32,000 bases of DNA from Crocosphaera subtropica ATCC 51142 (GCF_000017845.1 NC_010546.1:2850001-2882000), one strand, 5' to 3'; counted from the first letter of the stretch, positions 9,151-17,991 are shown. Program-made: numbers and translations. Notes: a model not told the origin generated them from the letters alone.

Positions 9151-10371
9151 TTGATGCGTGTTGGTTATGTGGTTAAACGGTATCCCCGTTATTCAGAAAC
9201 TTTTGTGGTTAATGAAATTTTAGACCATGAAAAAGCGGGATTAAACATCGATATTTTTGCCCTGCGTCCCCCTTGTGACAGCCATTTCCAAAACTGTATT
9301 TCTCAAGTTAGGGCCAGTGTGACTTATATTCGTAAACCTATCCAGGGACGGGTTAGTGAGTCTCTTAATAGTTTATCTCCAACGGCTGCTAGTTATTTTT
9401 GGGCAGAATTACAAGAATTAGGTAAATTAGTTCCTGATTTCTGGAGTAAACTATCTATGGCACAAGGAGAAGCAGCGAGTACAGTTTATCAAGCGGCTTG
9501 GTTGGCCAGAGAAGTCAAATTAAGAGAAATTACCCATTTACACGCCCATTTTGGTTCAGTTTCTACCAGTGTAACTCGCTTAGCGTCTCACTTTGCGGAT
9601 GTTCCTTATACGTTTACAACTCATGCTAAAGATATTTTTCATGAAAGTGTAGATAGTGATGATATGATCCGAAAAATTAGGGATGCTTCAACTGTTGTTA
9701 CCGTGAGTCATTATAATCAACAATACTTGCAACAAACTTACGGGAAAGTAGCTGATAAAGTGCAGAAAATTTACAATGGATTGAATTTATCTCAACTTAA
9801 TTATCAGTCTCCGAAACATCGTCCTTGTCGCATCATCTCTGTAGGACGTTTAGTCGAAAAAAAAGGAACTTCTGTATTAATTGATGCCTGTTCTTTATTA
9901 AAACAGTGGGGTTGTGAGTTTCATTGTCAAATTGTGGGAACGGGCGACTTAGAAACAGAGTTAAAGCAGAAAATTAAAGCATTAAAGTTAGATAACTGTG
10001 TTAAAATTATTGGCCCGCGTCCTCAAAATGAGGTGTTTAAATTGATTCAAGAGAGTGCCGTTTTTGCTGCCCCTTATATTATTGGTAAAGATGGCAATAG
10101 GGACGGGTTACCAACAGTATTATTAGAAGCAATGGCTTTAGGAACTCCCTGTATTGGTACTGATGTTACTGGTATTCCTGAAATGATTAAACATGAAGAA
10201 ACAGGATTAATCATTCCTCAAAATAATGCAGAAGATTTGGCCATGGCATTACGAACTTTATTAACCAGTGAAAACATGAGAGTTCAGTTAGCAGAAAAAG
10301 CTAGAAAGCTGATGGAAACTGAGTTTAATATCGAGCAAAATTCTGCAACTTTAAGGAAGTTATTTCAGTAA
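9151..10371 (+). CDS. Glycosyltransferase family 4 (GT1 superfamily, WcaL-like N-terminus)
   Basis: 406-aa ORF with N-terminal YPRYSETFVVNEI and the C-terminal EX7E region (GLPTVLLEAMALGTPCIGTDVTGIPEMIKHEETGL). The likely start is the ATG at 9154. Confidence 0.8.
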   Translation: MMRVGYVVKRYPRYSETFVVNEILDHEKAGLNIDIFALRPPCDSHFQNCISQVRASVTYIRKPIQGRVSESLNSLSPTAASYFWAELQELGKLVPDFWSKLSMAQGEAASTVYQAAWLAREVKLREITHLHAHFGSVSTSVTRLASHFADVPYTFTTHAKDIFHESVDSDDMIRKIRDASTVVTVSHYNQQYLQQTYGKVADKVQKIYNGLNLSQLNYQSPKHRPCRIISVGRLVEKKGTSVLIDACSLLKQWGCEFHCQIVGTGDLETELKQKIKALKLDNCVKIIGPRPQNEVFKLIQESAVFAAPYIIGKDGNRDGLPTVLLEAMALGTPCIGTDVTGIPEMIKHEETGLIIPQNNAEDLAMALRTLLTSENMRVQLAEKARKLMETEFNIEQNSATLRKLFQ

Positions 10372-10413
10372 ACAGTTATCAATTAATAATTAGTTTAGTT
10401 TAAGAGGTAATTA

Positions 10414-11607
10414 ATGATGCGTATTGCTTATGTTTGTGCTGATTCAGGTATTCCGATTTTTGGACAAAAAGGATGTTCTATTCATGTTCAAGAAATTATT
10501 AGAGGCTTTTTAAAACAAGATCATCAAGTCCATTTATTGAGTCCTCGGTTTGGTGATGATATCTCCGATGATTTACAAACTATAAAATTACATGAATTAT
10601 TACCTATTCCGAAAGTTGCCCAAGGGTTAAGAGAAAAAATTGCCTTATCTATGAATTCAGAAATAGAGGCAGCGTTAGACTATGCAGAACCCTTTGATCT
10701 GGTGTATGAACGCTATTCTTTATGGAGTTATGGAGGGATGGAATATGCGAGAAAAAAGGGCATTCCTGGAATTTTAGAAGTTAATTCCCCTTTAATTTTA
10801 GAACAACAAAAACACCGTAGTTTAGTGCATTTTCAAGAAGCGAAAACCGTTGCTATTAAAGTATTTAATGCAGCAACAAGTATTATTGCTGTATCGGATG
10901 AAGTGAAAAATTATGTCAGTCAATATGTTAACAACCCTGACAAAATAAAAGTTATCCCTAATGGGGTCAATGCTGAACGGTTTCATCCCAAAAAGATAAC
11001 ACCTCATGCTTATTTTACAGTTGGTTTTGTGGGATCATTAAAACCTTGGCATGGCTTACCTATTTTATTAGATGCCTTTGAACAATTTCATCATCAGTAT
11101 CCCCAAAGTAGACTATTAATTATCGGCAAAGGACCCGAAAGCGATCGCCTACAAACGGAAATTAATCAGAAAAATTTAAACTCGGTGGTACAGTTAACCG
11201 GGCCCGTCCCTCCCTACGCTATCCCCTTTTTATTAGAACAAATAGATGTAGCCGTTGCCCCTTATCCACCTCTAGATAAGTTCTATTTTTCCCCTCTAAA
11301 AGTCTACGAATATATGGCCGCAGGGTTACCGGTGGTGGCCAGTAATATCGGGCAAATAAGGGACGTTATTAAACATGGAAACAATGGGTTATTGTGTCCC
11401 CCTGGAGATAGTAACGCCTTGTCAGAAGCCTTTATCCGTTTAATGCGATCGCCCCAACTGCGTCATCAGTTAGGTACATCTGCCCGTCAAACCATCCTCG
11501 ATCATTATACCTGGGATCAAGTGGTAGAAAAGATTTTGGCGTTAGCAAAAGAAGCAGGGAGTAGGGAGAAGGGAGAAGGGAGAAAAATCAATATTAAAGT
11601 TGCGTAG
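10414..11607 (+). CDS. Glycosyltransferase family 4
   Basis: 397-aa ORF with MRIAYVCADSGIPIFGQKG at the N-terminus and PLKVYEYMAAGLPVVASNIGQIRDVIKHGNNGLL (GT4 EX7E region). It ends in a low-complexity tail encoded by a heptamer repeat. Confidence 0.8.
   Translation: MMRIAYVCADSGIPIFGQKGCSIHVQEIIRGFLKQDHQVHLLSPRFGDDISDDLQTIKLHELLPIPKVAQGLREKIALSMNSEIEAALDYAEPFDLVYERYSLWSYGGMEYARKKGIPGILEVNSPLILEQQKHRSLVHFQEAKTVAIKVFNAATSIIAVSDEVKNYVSQYVNNPDKIKVIPNGVNAERFHPKKITPHAYFTVGFVGSLKPWHGLPILLDAFEQFHHQYPQSRLLIIGKGPESDRLQTEINQKNLNSVVQLTGPVPPYAIPFLLEQIDVAVAPYPPLDKFYFSPLKVYEYMAAGLPVVASNIGQIRDVIKHGNNGLLCPPGDSNALSEAFIRLMRSPQLRHQLGTSARQTILDHYTWDQVVEKILALAKEAGSREKGEGRKINIKVA
11557..11584 (+). repeat. Four tandem heptanucleotides (GGGAGTA GGGAGAA GGGAGAA GGGAGAA) inside the 3' end of the GT4 gene
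   Basis: Read directly from the sequence. It encodes the GSREKGEGR tail, 23 nt upstream of the stop codon. Confidence 0.85.
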
Positions 11608-11626
11608 TGAAATGGAGAAATAAGTC

Positions 11627-13459
11627 ATGACGACAACTAAATCATTAAAAAGTACAATTCCCAGTTTAGGACGAATTTTAGCCCATTTTTGGCCCTATTT
11701 ACGCCAAGAAAAGTCATGGTTAGGGTTAGCCATATTAGCGGTGACGGGGGATGTGGTGTTACGCATTCTCGAACCCTGGCCCCTGAAATTTATTTTTGAC
11801 CATGTTCTCATCCCAGATCAGTCCTCATTGCCCGTTTTTGAGGCTATAAGCCCCCTTGCTGTGTTAACCCTTTGTGCGTTAGGAATCATCGCTATTACGG
11901 GTTTAAGGGCATTTTCAGCCTACTGGAGTACGGTTTCTTTAGCCACTGTGGGCAGTCGGGTGATGATCCAAGTGAGAGAACAGGTGTACCGTCATTTGCA
12001 ACGATTGTCCTTGACTTATCATAACCAGGCCAGAAGTGGGGATCTCATTGTTCGCGTGAGTAGTGATGCGAGTCGCTTACAAGAGATTTTGATCACGGCA
12101 ACGCTTCCGCTAGTTATCAGTATTATGACGTTATTGGGGACAGTGGGGGTTATGTTTTGGTTAGATGCTGATTTGACCCTATTATCTCTGTTAACCTTTC
12201 CTTTATTCATTTTTTCTTCTCAACGTCTCAGTCAGCGTATTCGGGCTGCGTCTGTGATACAACGACAACAAGAGGGGGAAGTGGCGGCCACTGCTTCGGA
12301 GTCATTGGCAGCTATTAAGTTAATTCAGGCGTTATCCTTAGAAAATGCTTTTGCTGATAACTTTGCGAGACAAAATGAACAAAGTTTAAGCCAAAGTGTG
12401 CAAACACAACAATTATCCGCTTCTTTAGAACGGGTGGTGGATGGCATCATTGCTTTAGGAATGGCGATCGTCTTATGGTATGGATCATGGTTAGTGTTAC
12501 GAGATGCCTTAACACCAGGGGATGTCATTGTCTTTTTAACCTACCTGAAAAATAGTTTTAAACCGATTCAAAATTTTGCCAAATATACGGGACGGTTAGC
12601 TAAAGCTGCGGCCTCTGGGGAACGTATTTTAAACATATTAGATGAAACCCCAGATATTCAAGACTTACCTAATGCAAAAGTTGCCCCCTCTTTTCAGGGA
12701 AATATCACGTTTCAAGATGTAAGTTTTACTTACAATCATTCCCATTCTATTCTAAATAAGATTAATTTAAACATAAAATCAGGTCAATTTATTGCTGTTG
12801 TGGGACAGTCGGGTAGTGGAAAATCAACCTTAATGAGTTTATTACTTAGACTCTATGATCCCGTATCAGGAAATATTCTCATTGATGGGCAAAATATTCG
12901 CAATTATACCTTAAACTCTTTACGTTCTCAGATGAGTGTGGTTTTACAAGAAAGTCTTTTATTTGCAGCGACAATTAAAGAGAATATTGCCTATGGAATG
13001 AACAATATTAGTGATGAAGAAATCATCAAAGCGGCTAAGTTAGCCAATGCCCATGATTTTATCGAAAAACTACCCCAAAAATACAATACTTTTGTGGGAG
13101 AAAGAGGGGCAACTTTATCTGGAGGACAAAGACAAAGAATTGCCATTGCTAGGGCTGCTATTCGTCAAACTCCCATCTTAATTTTAGACGAACCCACCAC
13201 AGGACTCGATCAAAAAAGTGAAAAAGCTGTTACCGAAGCTTTACAAAGATTAGCTAAGAATAGAACGACTTTTTTAATCACTCATGATCTTTCGTTAGCT
13301 ACCCAAGCAGACATGATTTTATACATCGAAAAAGGAGAAGTTTTAGAACAAGGAAGCCATTGGGAATTACTACAGCAAAAAGGTTTATATTCTCAGTTAT
13401 ATAAAATTCAATGTAATAAAAATAACCAGTCTTTTGAACCATTACCCATTGCCCAATAA
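11627..13459 (+). CDS. ABC exporter, fused permease/ATPase (MsbA/type I exporter-like)
   Basis: 610-aa ORF. The N-terminal half has about six TM helices. Walker A GQSGSGKST, signature LSGGQRQR, Walker B ILILDEPT, H-loop ITHDL. Confidence 0.9.
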   Translation: MTTTKSLKSTIPSLGRILAHFWPYLRQEKSWLGLAILAVTGDVVLRILEPWPLKFIFDHVLIPDQSSLPVFEAISPLAVLTLCALGIIAITGLRAFSAYWSTVSLATVGSRVMIQVREQVYRHLQRLSLTYHNQARSGDLIVRVSSDASRLQEILITATLPLVISIMTLLGTVGVMFWLDADLTLLSLLTFPLFIFSSQRLSQRIRAASVIQRQQEGEVAATASESLAAIKLIQALSLENAFADNFARQNEQSLSQSVQTQQLSASLERVVDGIIALGMAIVLWYGSWLVLRDALTPGDVIVFLTYLKNSFKPIQNFAKYTGRLAKAAASGERILNILDETPDIQDLPNAKVAPSFQGNITFQDVSFTYNHSHSILNKINLNIKSGQFIAVVGQSGSGKSTLMSLLLRLYDPVSGNILIDGQNIRNYTLNSLRSQMSVVLQESLLFAATIKENIAYGMNNISDEEIIKAAKLANAHDFIEKLPQKYNTFVGERGATLSGGQRQRIAIARAAIRQTPILILDEPTTGLDQKSEKAVTEALQRLAKNRTTFLITHDLSLATQADMILYIEKGEVLEQGSHWELLQQKGLYSQLYKIQCNKNNQSFEPLPIAQ

Positions 13460-13478
13460 CCATCAGCTGATGCACTCC

Positions 13479-13510
13479 CTAGCTTACAAATAAGCTAGCT
13501 TACAAATAAG
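13479..13510 (+). repeat. Perfect 16-bp tandem duplication (CTAGCTTACAAATAAG x2) in the ABC-kinase intergenic spacer
   Basis: Units 13479-13494 and 13495-13510 are identical. The junction creates the palindrome AAGCTAGCTT. Confidence 0.9.
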
Positions 13511-13522
13511 GAACATTACACC

Positions 13523-14524
13523 ATGAATATTCAAGTTAACGACTCATTTAATCTACTTTCTGATCCCAAGTTATCTTTTCTCAAAGATGCTTTATCCCCA
13601 AATAAAGTTAAAAGTGTTTTTAAAAACTATTTTCCTGACTTAATTAAAAATAATACTTTATCTACCATTAAAGTTGTTCGTTATAAAGCAAAAAAACGCT
13701 GTTTGATTGAATATCAATTTACAGGCAAAGAAGAATTTAGTCTACTCGGAAAAGTACGGTTTAAAGGAACTGATACCAAAAGTTATTATCTACAAAAATA
13801 TCTCTGGGAAAATGGCTTTAATGATCACAGTTTAGATACGGTTTCTGTTCCTCAACCTATTGGGGTTATTCCTCAGTGGAAAATGTGGTTACAGCGAAAA
13901 GTTCCAGGATATACAACCACCCTTTTATTAGGGAAACTCGACGGGGTTACTATTGCTGAAAAAATTGCTTACGCTGCTTATAAATTACATCAATTTCCTG
14001 CGAAAACAGATCGGTATCATACCATTGATAATGAACTGCATATCTTATATGAAAAATTACCGTTAGTGAGTGAATTATATCCCCATTGGAAGCGTAGACT
14101 TAGGGAAATTTTAAAAGAATGCGATCGCTTGGGTAAAAGTTTATCTTATATTCCTTCTCTGGGTATTCATCGAGACTTTTACACCGATCAAATTATCATT
14201 AATGATTCTCGTCTATATTTACTGGATTTAGATTTATACTGTTATGGTGATCCAAGTTTAGATATTGGTAATTTTATCGCCCATATTACAGAATACAGTT
14301 TAAGAGTTTTGGGAGATTTTCAAGCGTTAAAAGATCGAGAAATAGCCCTGCAAGAAGCTTTTATTCAACTAACAGGAGAAGAAAGCAGAAAAAGAATTAT
14401 GATCTATAAATTTTTGGCCTTAGTTAGACATATTTATATTAGTACCCAAATCAAAGAACGTAATGCTTATACGGAAGAATTAATTAGGTTATGTGAAAGT
14501 TATTTAGAAACAGAAATTATCTGA
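13523..14524 (+). CDS. Kinase-like phosphotransferase (APH / WaaP-like fold)
   Basis: 333-aa ORF. The catalytic-loop-like HRDFYTDQ is followed by LLDLDLYCYGDPSLDIGNF, which fits the APH-family HxDxxxxN ... DxD ... GDPxxD pattern. Q replaces the usual N. Confidence 0.65.
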   Translation: MNIQVNDSFNLLSDPKLSFLKDALSPNKVKSVFKNYFPDLIKNNTLSTIKVVRYKAKKRCLIEYQFTGKEEFSLLGKVRFKGTDTKSYYLQKYLWENGFNDHSLDTVSVPQPIGVIPQWKMWLQRKVPGYTTTLLLGKLDGVTIAEKIAYAAYKLHQFPAKTDRYHTIDNELHILYEKLPLVSELYPHWKRRLREILKECDRLGKSLSYIPSLGIHRDFYTDQIIINDSRLYLLDLDLYCYGDPSLDIGNFIAHITEYSLRVLGDFQALKDREIALQEAFIQLTGEESRKRIMIYKFLALVRHIYISTQIKERNAYTEELIRLCESYLETEII

Positions 14525-15046
14525 CTTATTTGTACAGTCTAGAAGACTGGGTTACGATATATAGAAAAACTATAGCTTAATTTGATATGATGATGCTAAT
14601 TCTCAAAAGATGTTAAAGACTTCAGTTGTCATTGCGAGGGGAAAAACCAATATTAACCTTTAACTCTCACTGAAAATACCCCGAAGCAATCTTTAAATAA
14701 CCCCAAAAATTGCTTAATTTACTTACTGTTATATTCGTATTAAAACACTGGGTATTGATAAGTCATATAAATACAAAAATACTAACTATTTAATGAAAGA
14801 ACAATTCAATCAAAGTATTCCACAAAAATTCAGTTCTAGAGTTGATTTTATGATCGAAGTATTAAAAGCTTATAGCTTAAATACTGTCATAAAAAAAGAA
14901 AGTAATCAATCTTTAGTTTATTTTATCAATAAATATCAAATCTTTTAATTGATGTGAATATACAGTTTAATCTAACTATAGCACTACGCATTATCATTAG
15001 GACGTTATCAAGATTCATCGTTCCTTGGAATGCCAGATAAAGCTAT

Positions 15047-15068
15047 GGTGGGCAAAAATTTGCCCACC
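15047..15068 (-). terminator. Hairpin GGTGGGCAAA/TTTGCCCACC, 11 nt downstream of the SpoIID stop. Probable terminator.
   Basis: Near-perfect 22-nt palindrome read from the sequence. Flanks are A/T-rich. Confidence 0.5.
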
Positions 15069-15078
15069 CTACAATGAT

Positions 15079-16692
15079 TTATTCTGCTTCTCTCCAAAAA
15101 ACAATAGAATTATCTAACGGAATAATTTGTGTCCCAGGATAATAGAAAGAAAGGATTTTTTCTGCACTCCAGCCTAAATTAGCTAAATTATAAGAGCCAA
15201 ATTGACTCAGGCCAACCCCATGACCAAAACCACCTCCAACAAAAGCATAACCACTTAATTGATTTTGGCTATTATAGATAGGATCAAGGTAGAAAAGGGT
15301 ACTTCTCGGTGGACCGAAGGCACTACGAACCTCATTTTTATGTAACTCAATCGTCCCTTGATCGGTTTGCACATTCATGGTTAAAATACGTCCAGAATCA
15401 GAGCGTTCTGTGACTGTCATAGATTTAATGGTCTTAAGATTCGCTAGGGGATGTTTACGTCGTTCTAAGTATTTCTTTAAATCTTTAGTTAAACTATCTA
15501 AAGTCGCTTGACGGTTCCAACGAAAAACGTTGCGTCCACTCTCATTAAATCCTTGTTTTAAACTAATAAAATTGCGAAATGCTTGTTCATCGGCTAAAGA
15601 TTTTTGAGAAAGATCCCAAACATTTTTAGGTGAGTCGATAACTGCTTTTAAATAAGGTCTTTCTTCCCCATTCCAAGCATCACTAAAACTAGCGGTTACC
15701 CCTCCTGTCGTAGAAGAATAAAGGGCATCCACTAACTCATTTTCATAGGTTAATACTAATCCTTTTGTCGCTGCGATCGCTTGATCGGCTTTGGGACTCG
15801 TTTCACTTAACCCATAATACACCTGACAATGGGTATCGGCACACAGTTCGTAATTATCTGCCTTAAAGCGTCGTAAATTACGCAAGGCATAAGTTCTTGC
15901 TATAATAGTTTGGGCTTTTGCTGCATTTTGCGGTGCATTGGGTCCGATTTCATGGGGAACCACTCCTCTTAAATAGGTTTCTAACGGAACATCATTGACT
16001 AGGGTATAAGTTCCATAGGAATTGGGTTGTAACTTTAAACTCCCTCCGTAACGCCGTGTTTTTTGTTGAGAATGACTGACTTGAATGGGGTTTTTTCCAG
16101 GAATAATCTCTAAATAATCACTCTTATATTGTTTCCCGGCAACGGTAAACGTTGCTTGAGATTTAGAGGTTAAAATAGCGGATTCTAAGTAAGGGTCATT
16201 ATAACCTTTTTCTTGGAGATTTTTTAATAACAAACGGCGTAATAAAGGCGTTTCATAAACATCTCGTTTTGCCCAGACTTGCCATCTTCCCGGTTGCGTG
16301 ACTTCTGTTTTTATTCCTTTGTCTTGCCATTGGTTTGCGCTATCTTCTGCGGTTTCAAATGTGGCATGGTCGCTTAAAACAATGTACTCTTTTAACAAAG
16401 ATTGGGGTAAGGACGCTTCAACAATATTAAGGGTGAGTTGGGTAGTGGTTATGGTTTGGGTTTGTCCTTGGTTATCTTGATACTTAACCGTTAAACTGTC
16501 TCCATTGGTTGCACTAATAGACAACTTTTCTGCTTCTGTTTCCCCGAACCGTTGTACGATACCCACTTCTATATCAATATCTCTGGCCGTCCCTGGTAAA
16601 CCTAAGATTCCTCCCCACAGAAGCGGAAGGGAAAACAGGGTTAAAAATAAGTGTTTACCCCTAATGGGTTGAGTCGTCTTCGTCATTGGCAT
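15079..16692 (-). CDS. SpoIID/LytB-domain protein (peptidoglycan lytic transglycosylase / amidase enhancer family)
   Basis: 537-aa ORF with a signal peptide and SpoIID blocks (YLRGVVPHEIG, ARTYALRN, CADTHCQVYYG, YSSTTGG, GHGVGLSQFG). Confidence 0.85.
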   Translation of the reverse strand: MPMTKTTQPIRGKHLFLTLFSLPLLWGGILGLPGTARDIDIEVGIVQRFGETEAEKLSISATNGDSLTVKYQDNQGQTQTITTTQLTLNIVEASLPQSLLKEYIVLSDHATFETAEDSANQWQDKGIKTEVTQPGRWQVWAKRDVYETPLLRRLLLKNLQEKGYNDPYLESAILTSKSQATFTVAGKQYKSDYLEIIPGKNPIQVSHSQQKTRRYGGSLKLQPNSYGTYTLVNDVPLETYLRGVVPHEIGPNAPQNAAKAQTIIARTYALRNLRRFKADNYELCADTHCQVYYGLSETSPKADQAIAATKGLVLTYENELVDALYSSTTGGVTASFSDAWNGEERPYLKAVIDSPKNVWDLSQKSLADEQAFRNFISLKQGFNESGRNVFRWNRQATLDSLTKDLKKYLERRKHPLANLKTIKSMTVTERSDSGRILTMNVQTDQGTIELHKNEVRSAFGPPRSTLFYLDPIYNSQNQLSGYAFVGGGFGHGVGLSQFGSYNLANLGWSAEKILSFYYPGTQIIPLDNSIVFWREAE

Positions 16693-16914
16693 TTTAATAC
16701 ATCGTTTTTCGCATTATAAACCCCATGACCTATAGAGTAGGGGCGTTATGTTAAGATTTTTCTCTTCTTTGATTGTGTCCTATTTTTCCCCGTAATAGTT
16801 CCCCGTTAGGTTGGACAGGGAAAGCAGAGGGCGTGGGGAAGAAAGGTTTACAGCTTGTTTTCCTTTCTGAAAACAGTTGATTTTATTTATCTCCGACTAC
16901 TTAGAGAAATCTAT

Positions 16915-16928
16915 GTACGATAACGTAC
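16915..16928. promoter_or_regulatory. Palindrome GTACG-ATAA-CGTAC (fits GTA-N8-TAC), about 180-195 bp upstream of the Crp-family gene. A TATAAT lies at 16955-16960.
   Basis: Read directly: aTGTACGATAACGTACgg. It shares its core with the site at 17871-17890. Confidence 0.45.
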
Positions 16929-17110
16929 GGACAAACTGGACACGAATATATGAATATAATTGCTTGGGAAAAAAAACTTAATTTTTGACATTTTGCATAA
17001 TGATTAAACAAAAATCGTCAAAAAATTATCATTTTCTCCTGTGAAAACCAAGATATTTTTCCCTAAAGTTCCCTGAAAGTTGCCTAACCTTCAATTACCA
17101 TCTATTTTTT

Positions 17111-17842
17111 TTGGAAAAGTTGTTATCCGTGTCACCCCAAAATTCAGTTGAAAATCGGTTATTGGGCGCTTTACCCAGTTTAGAGTATGAAAGGTTAGCC
17201 CCTCATTTAATTTCTGTGGACTTAAGTGCAGGAACCATTATTTACGAACCAGTACAAGAGATTGAGTTTGCTTATTTTCCCTGTTCAGCGATGATTTCTA
17301 TCGTCTCTATTATGGAGAATGGTGCAACCACTGAAATCGGTTTAATTGGTAAAGAGGGCATGGTTGGTCTACCCATTATTTTAGGGGGTAAACATCATGC
17401 CAATCAAGCCATTGTACAAATTCCAGGAACAGCTTTAAAGCTAGAAGGATCTATTCTTCAACAAGAGTTTCACACGAGCCATAGCTTACAAAAATTGCTA
17501 CTATTGTACATTCAAGCTCGATTAACCCAAGTCTCTCAAACTGCAGCTTGTAACCGTCAGCACAAAATAGAACAACGACTTGCCCGTTGGTTATTATCAG
17601 TTTATGACTGTGTATCATCCCATGAAATCCCCCTCACCCAAGAATTTATCGCTAATATGTTGGGAACAAGGCGTTCTGGAGTCACTATCGCAGCCAATAT
17701 TCTACAAGAAGCAGGACTCATTCGCTATAGTCGGGGAAAAATCACTATTCTTAATCAAGAACAATTAGAAAATGCTGCTTGTGAATGTTATCGTCTTGTA
17801 CAAGATGAATTTATCCGTTTGCTTGGCACGAAACGAGGCTAA
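17111..17842 (+). CDS. Crp/Fnr-family transcriptional regulator (cNMP-binding-like domain plus C-terminal HTH)
   Basis: 243-aa ORF with NRLLGALP...YFPCSAMISIV...EIGLIGKEGMVG and the HTH LTQEFIANMLGTRRSGVTIAANILQEAGLIRYSRGKITI. There is no ATG start. Candidates are TTG 17111, TTG 17120 and GTG 17129. It is a close paralogue of 18620..19339 by my hand alignment. Confidence 0.85.
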   Translation: MEKLLSVSPQNSVENRLLGALPSLEYERLAPHLISVDLSAGTIIYEPVQEIEFAYFPCSAMISIVSIMENGATTEIGLIGKEGMVGLPIILGGKHHANQAIVQIPGTALKLEGSILQQEFHTSHSLQKLLLLYIQARLTQVSQTAACNRQHKIEQRLARWLLSVYDCVSSHEIPLTQEFIANMLGTRRSGVTIAANILQEAGLIRYSRGKITILNQEQLENAACECYRLVQDEFIRLLGTKRG

Positions 17843-17870
17843 TTAATCGAAGCATTTAATCAACTAGATA

Positions 17871-17890
17871 TCTGTACGGCTTCGTACAGA
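17871..17890 (+). terminator. Perfect palindrome TCTGTACG-GCTT-CGTACAGA, 29 nt after the Crp stop. It could be a terminator hairpin and/or a TGTA-N8-TACA operator.
   Basis: 8-bp arms with a 4-nt loop, followed by U-rich sequence (cttatttcaacaattatgttt). The sequence also matches the NtcA-type consensus TGTA-N8-TACA exactly. Confidence 0.5.
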
Positions 17891-17956
17891 CTTATTTCAA
17901 CAATTATGTTTATGATTTGGTGAGTGTTTTTCAATAATACAGATGTTATTTAACGT

Positions 17957-17991
17957 GAGTTCGGAGTTAGGAGTTCGGAGGTCGAAGTTAG
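17957..17991. repeat. STRR-like heptanucleotide tandem repeat (GAGTTCG GAGTTAG GAGTTCG GAGGTCG AAGTTAG)
   Basis: Five imperfect tandem 7-mers read directly, followed by a T7 run. They lie between short inverted repeats ACGTGAGT (17953-17960) and ACTCACGT (18067-18074). Confidence 0.7.

Noticed and set aside
11557-11630. The idea that heptamer slippage could fuse the GT4 gene to the ABC exporter gene
   Set aside because: I translated both shifted frames. Both reach stop codons (11595-11597 or 11621-11623) before the ABC start at 11627, so no fusion is possible.
7023-12528. Antisense or alternative-frame ORFs 7023..7244, 8078..8275, 8101..8337, 8306..8503, 10822..11007, 12019..12210 and 12325..12528
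   Set aside because: Each is nested in a longer ORF that has clear family motifs (SBP, GTs, ABC exporter). The translations are low-complexity or Cys/Ile-rich nonsense.
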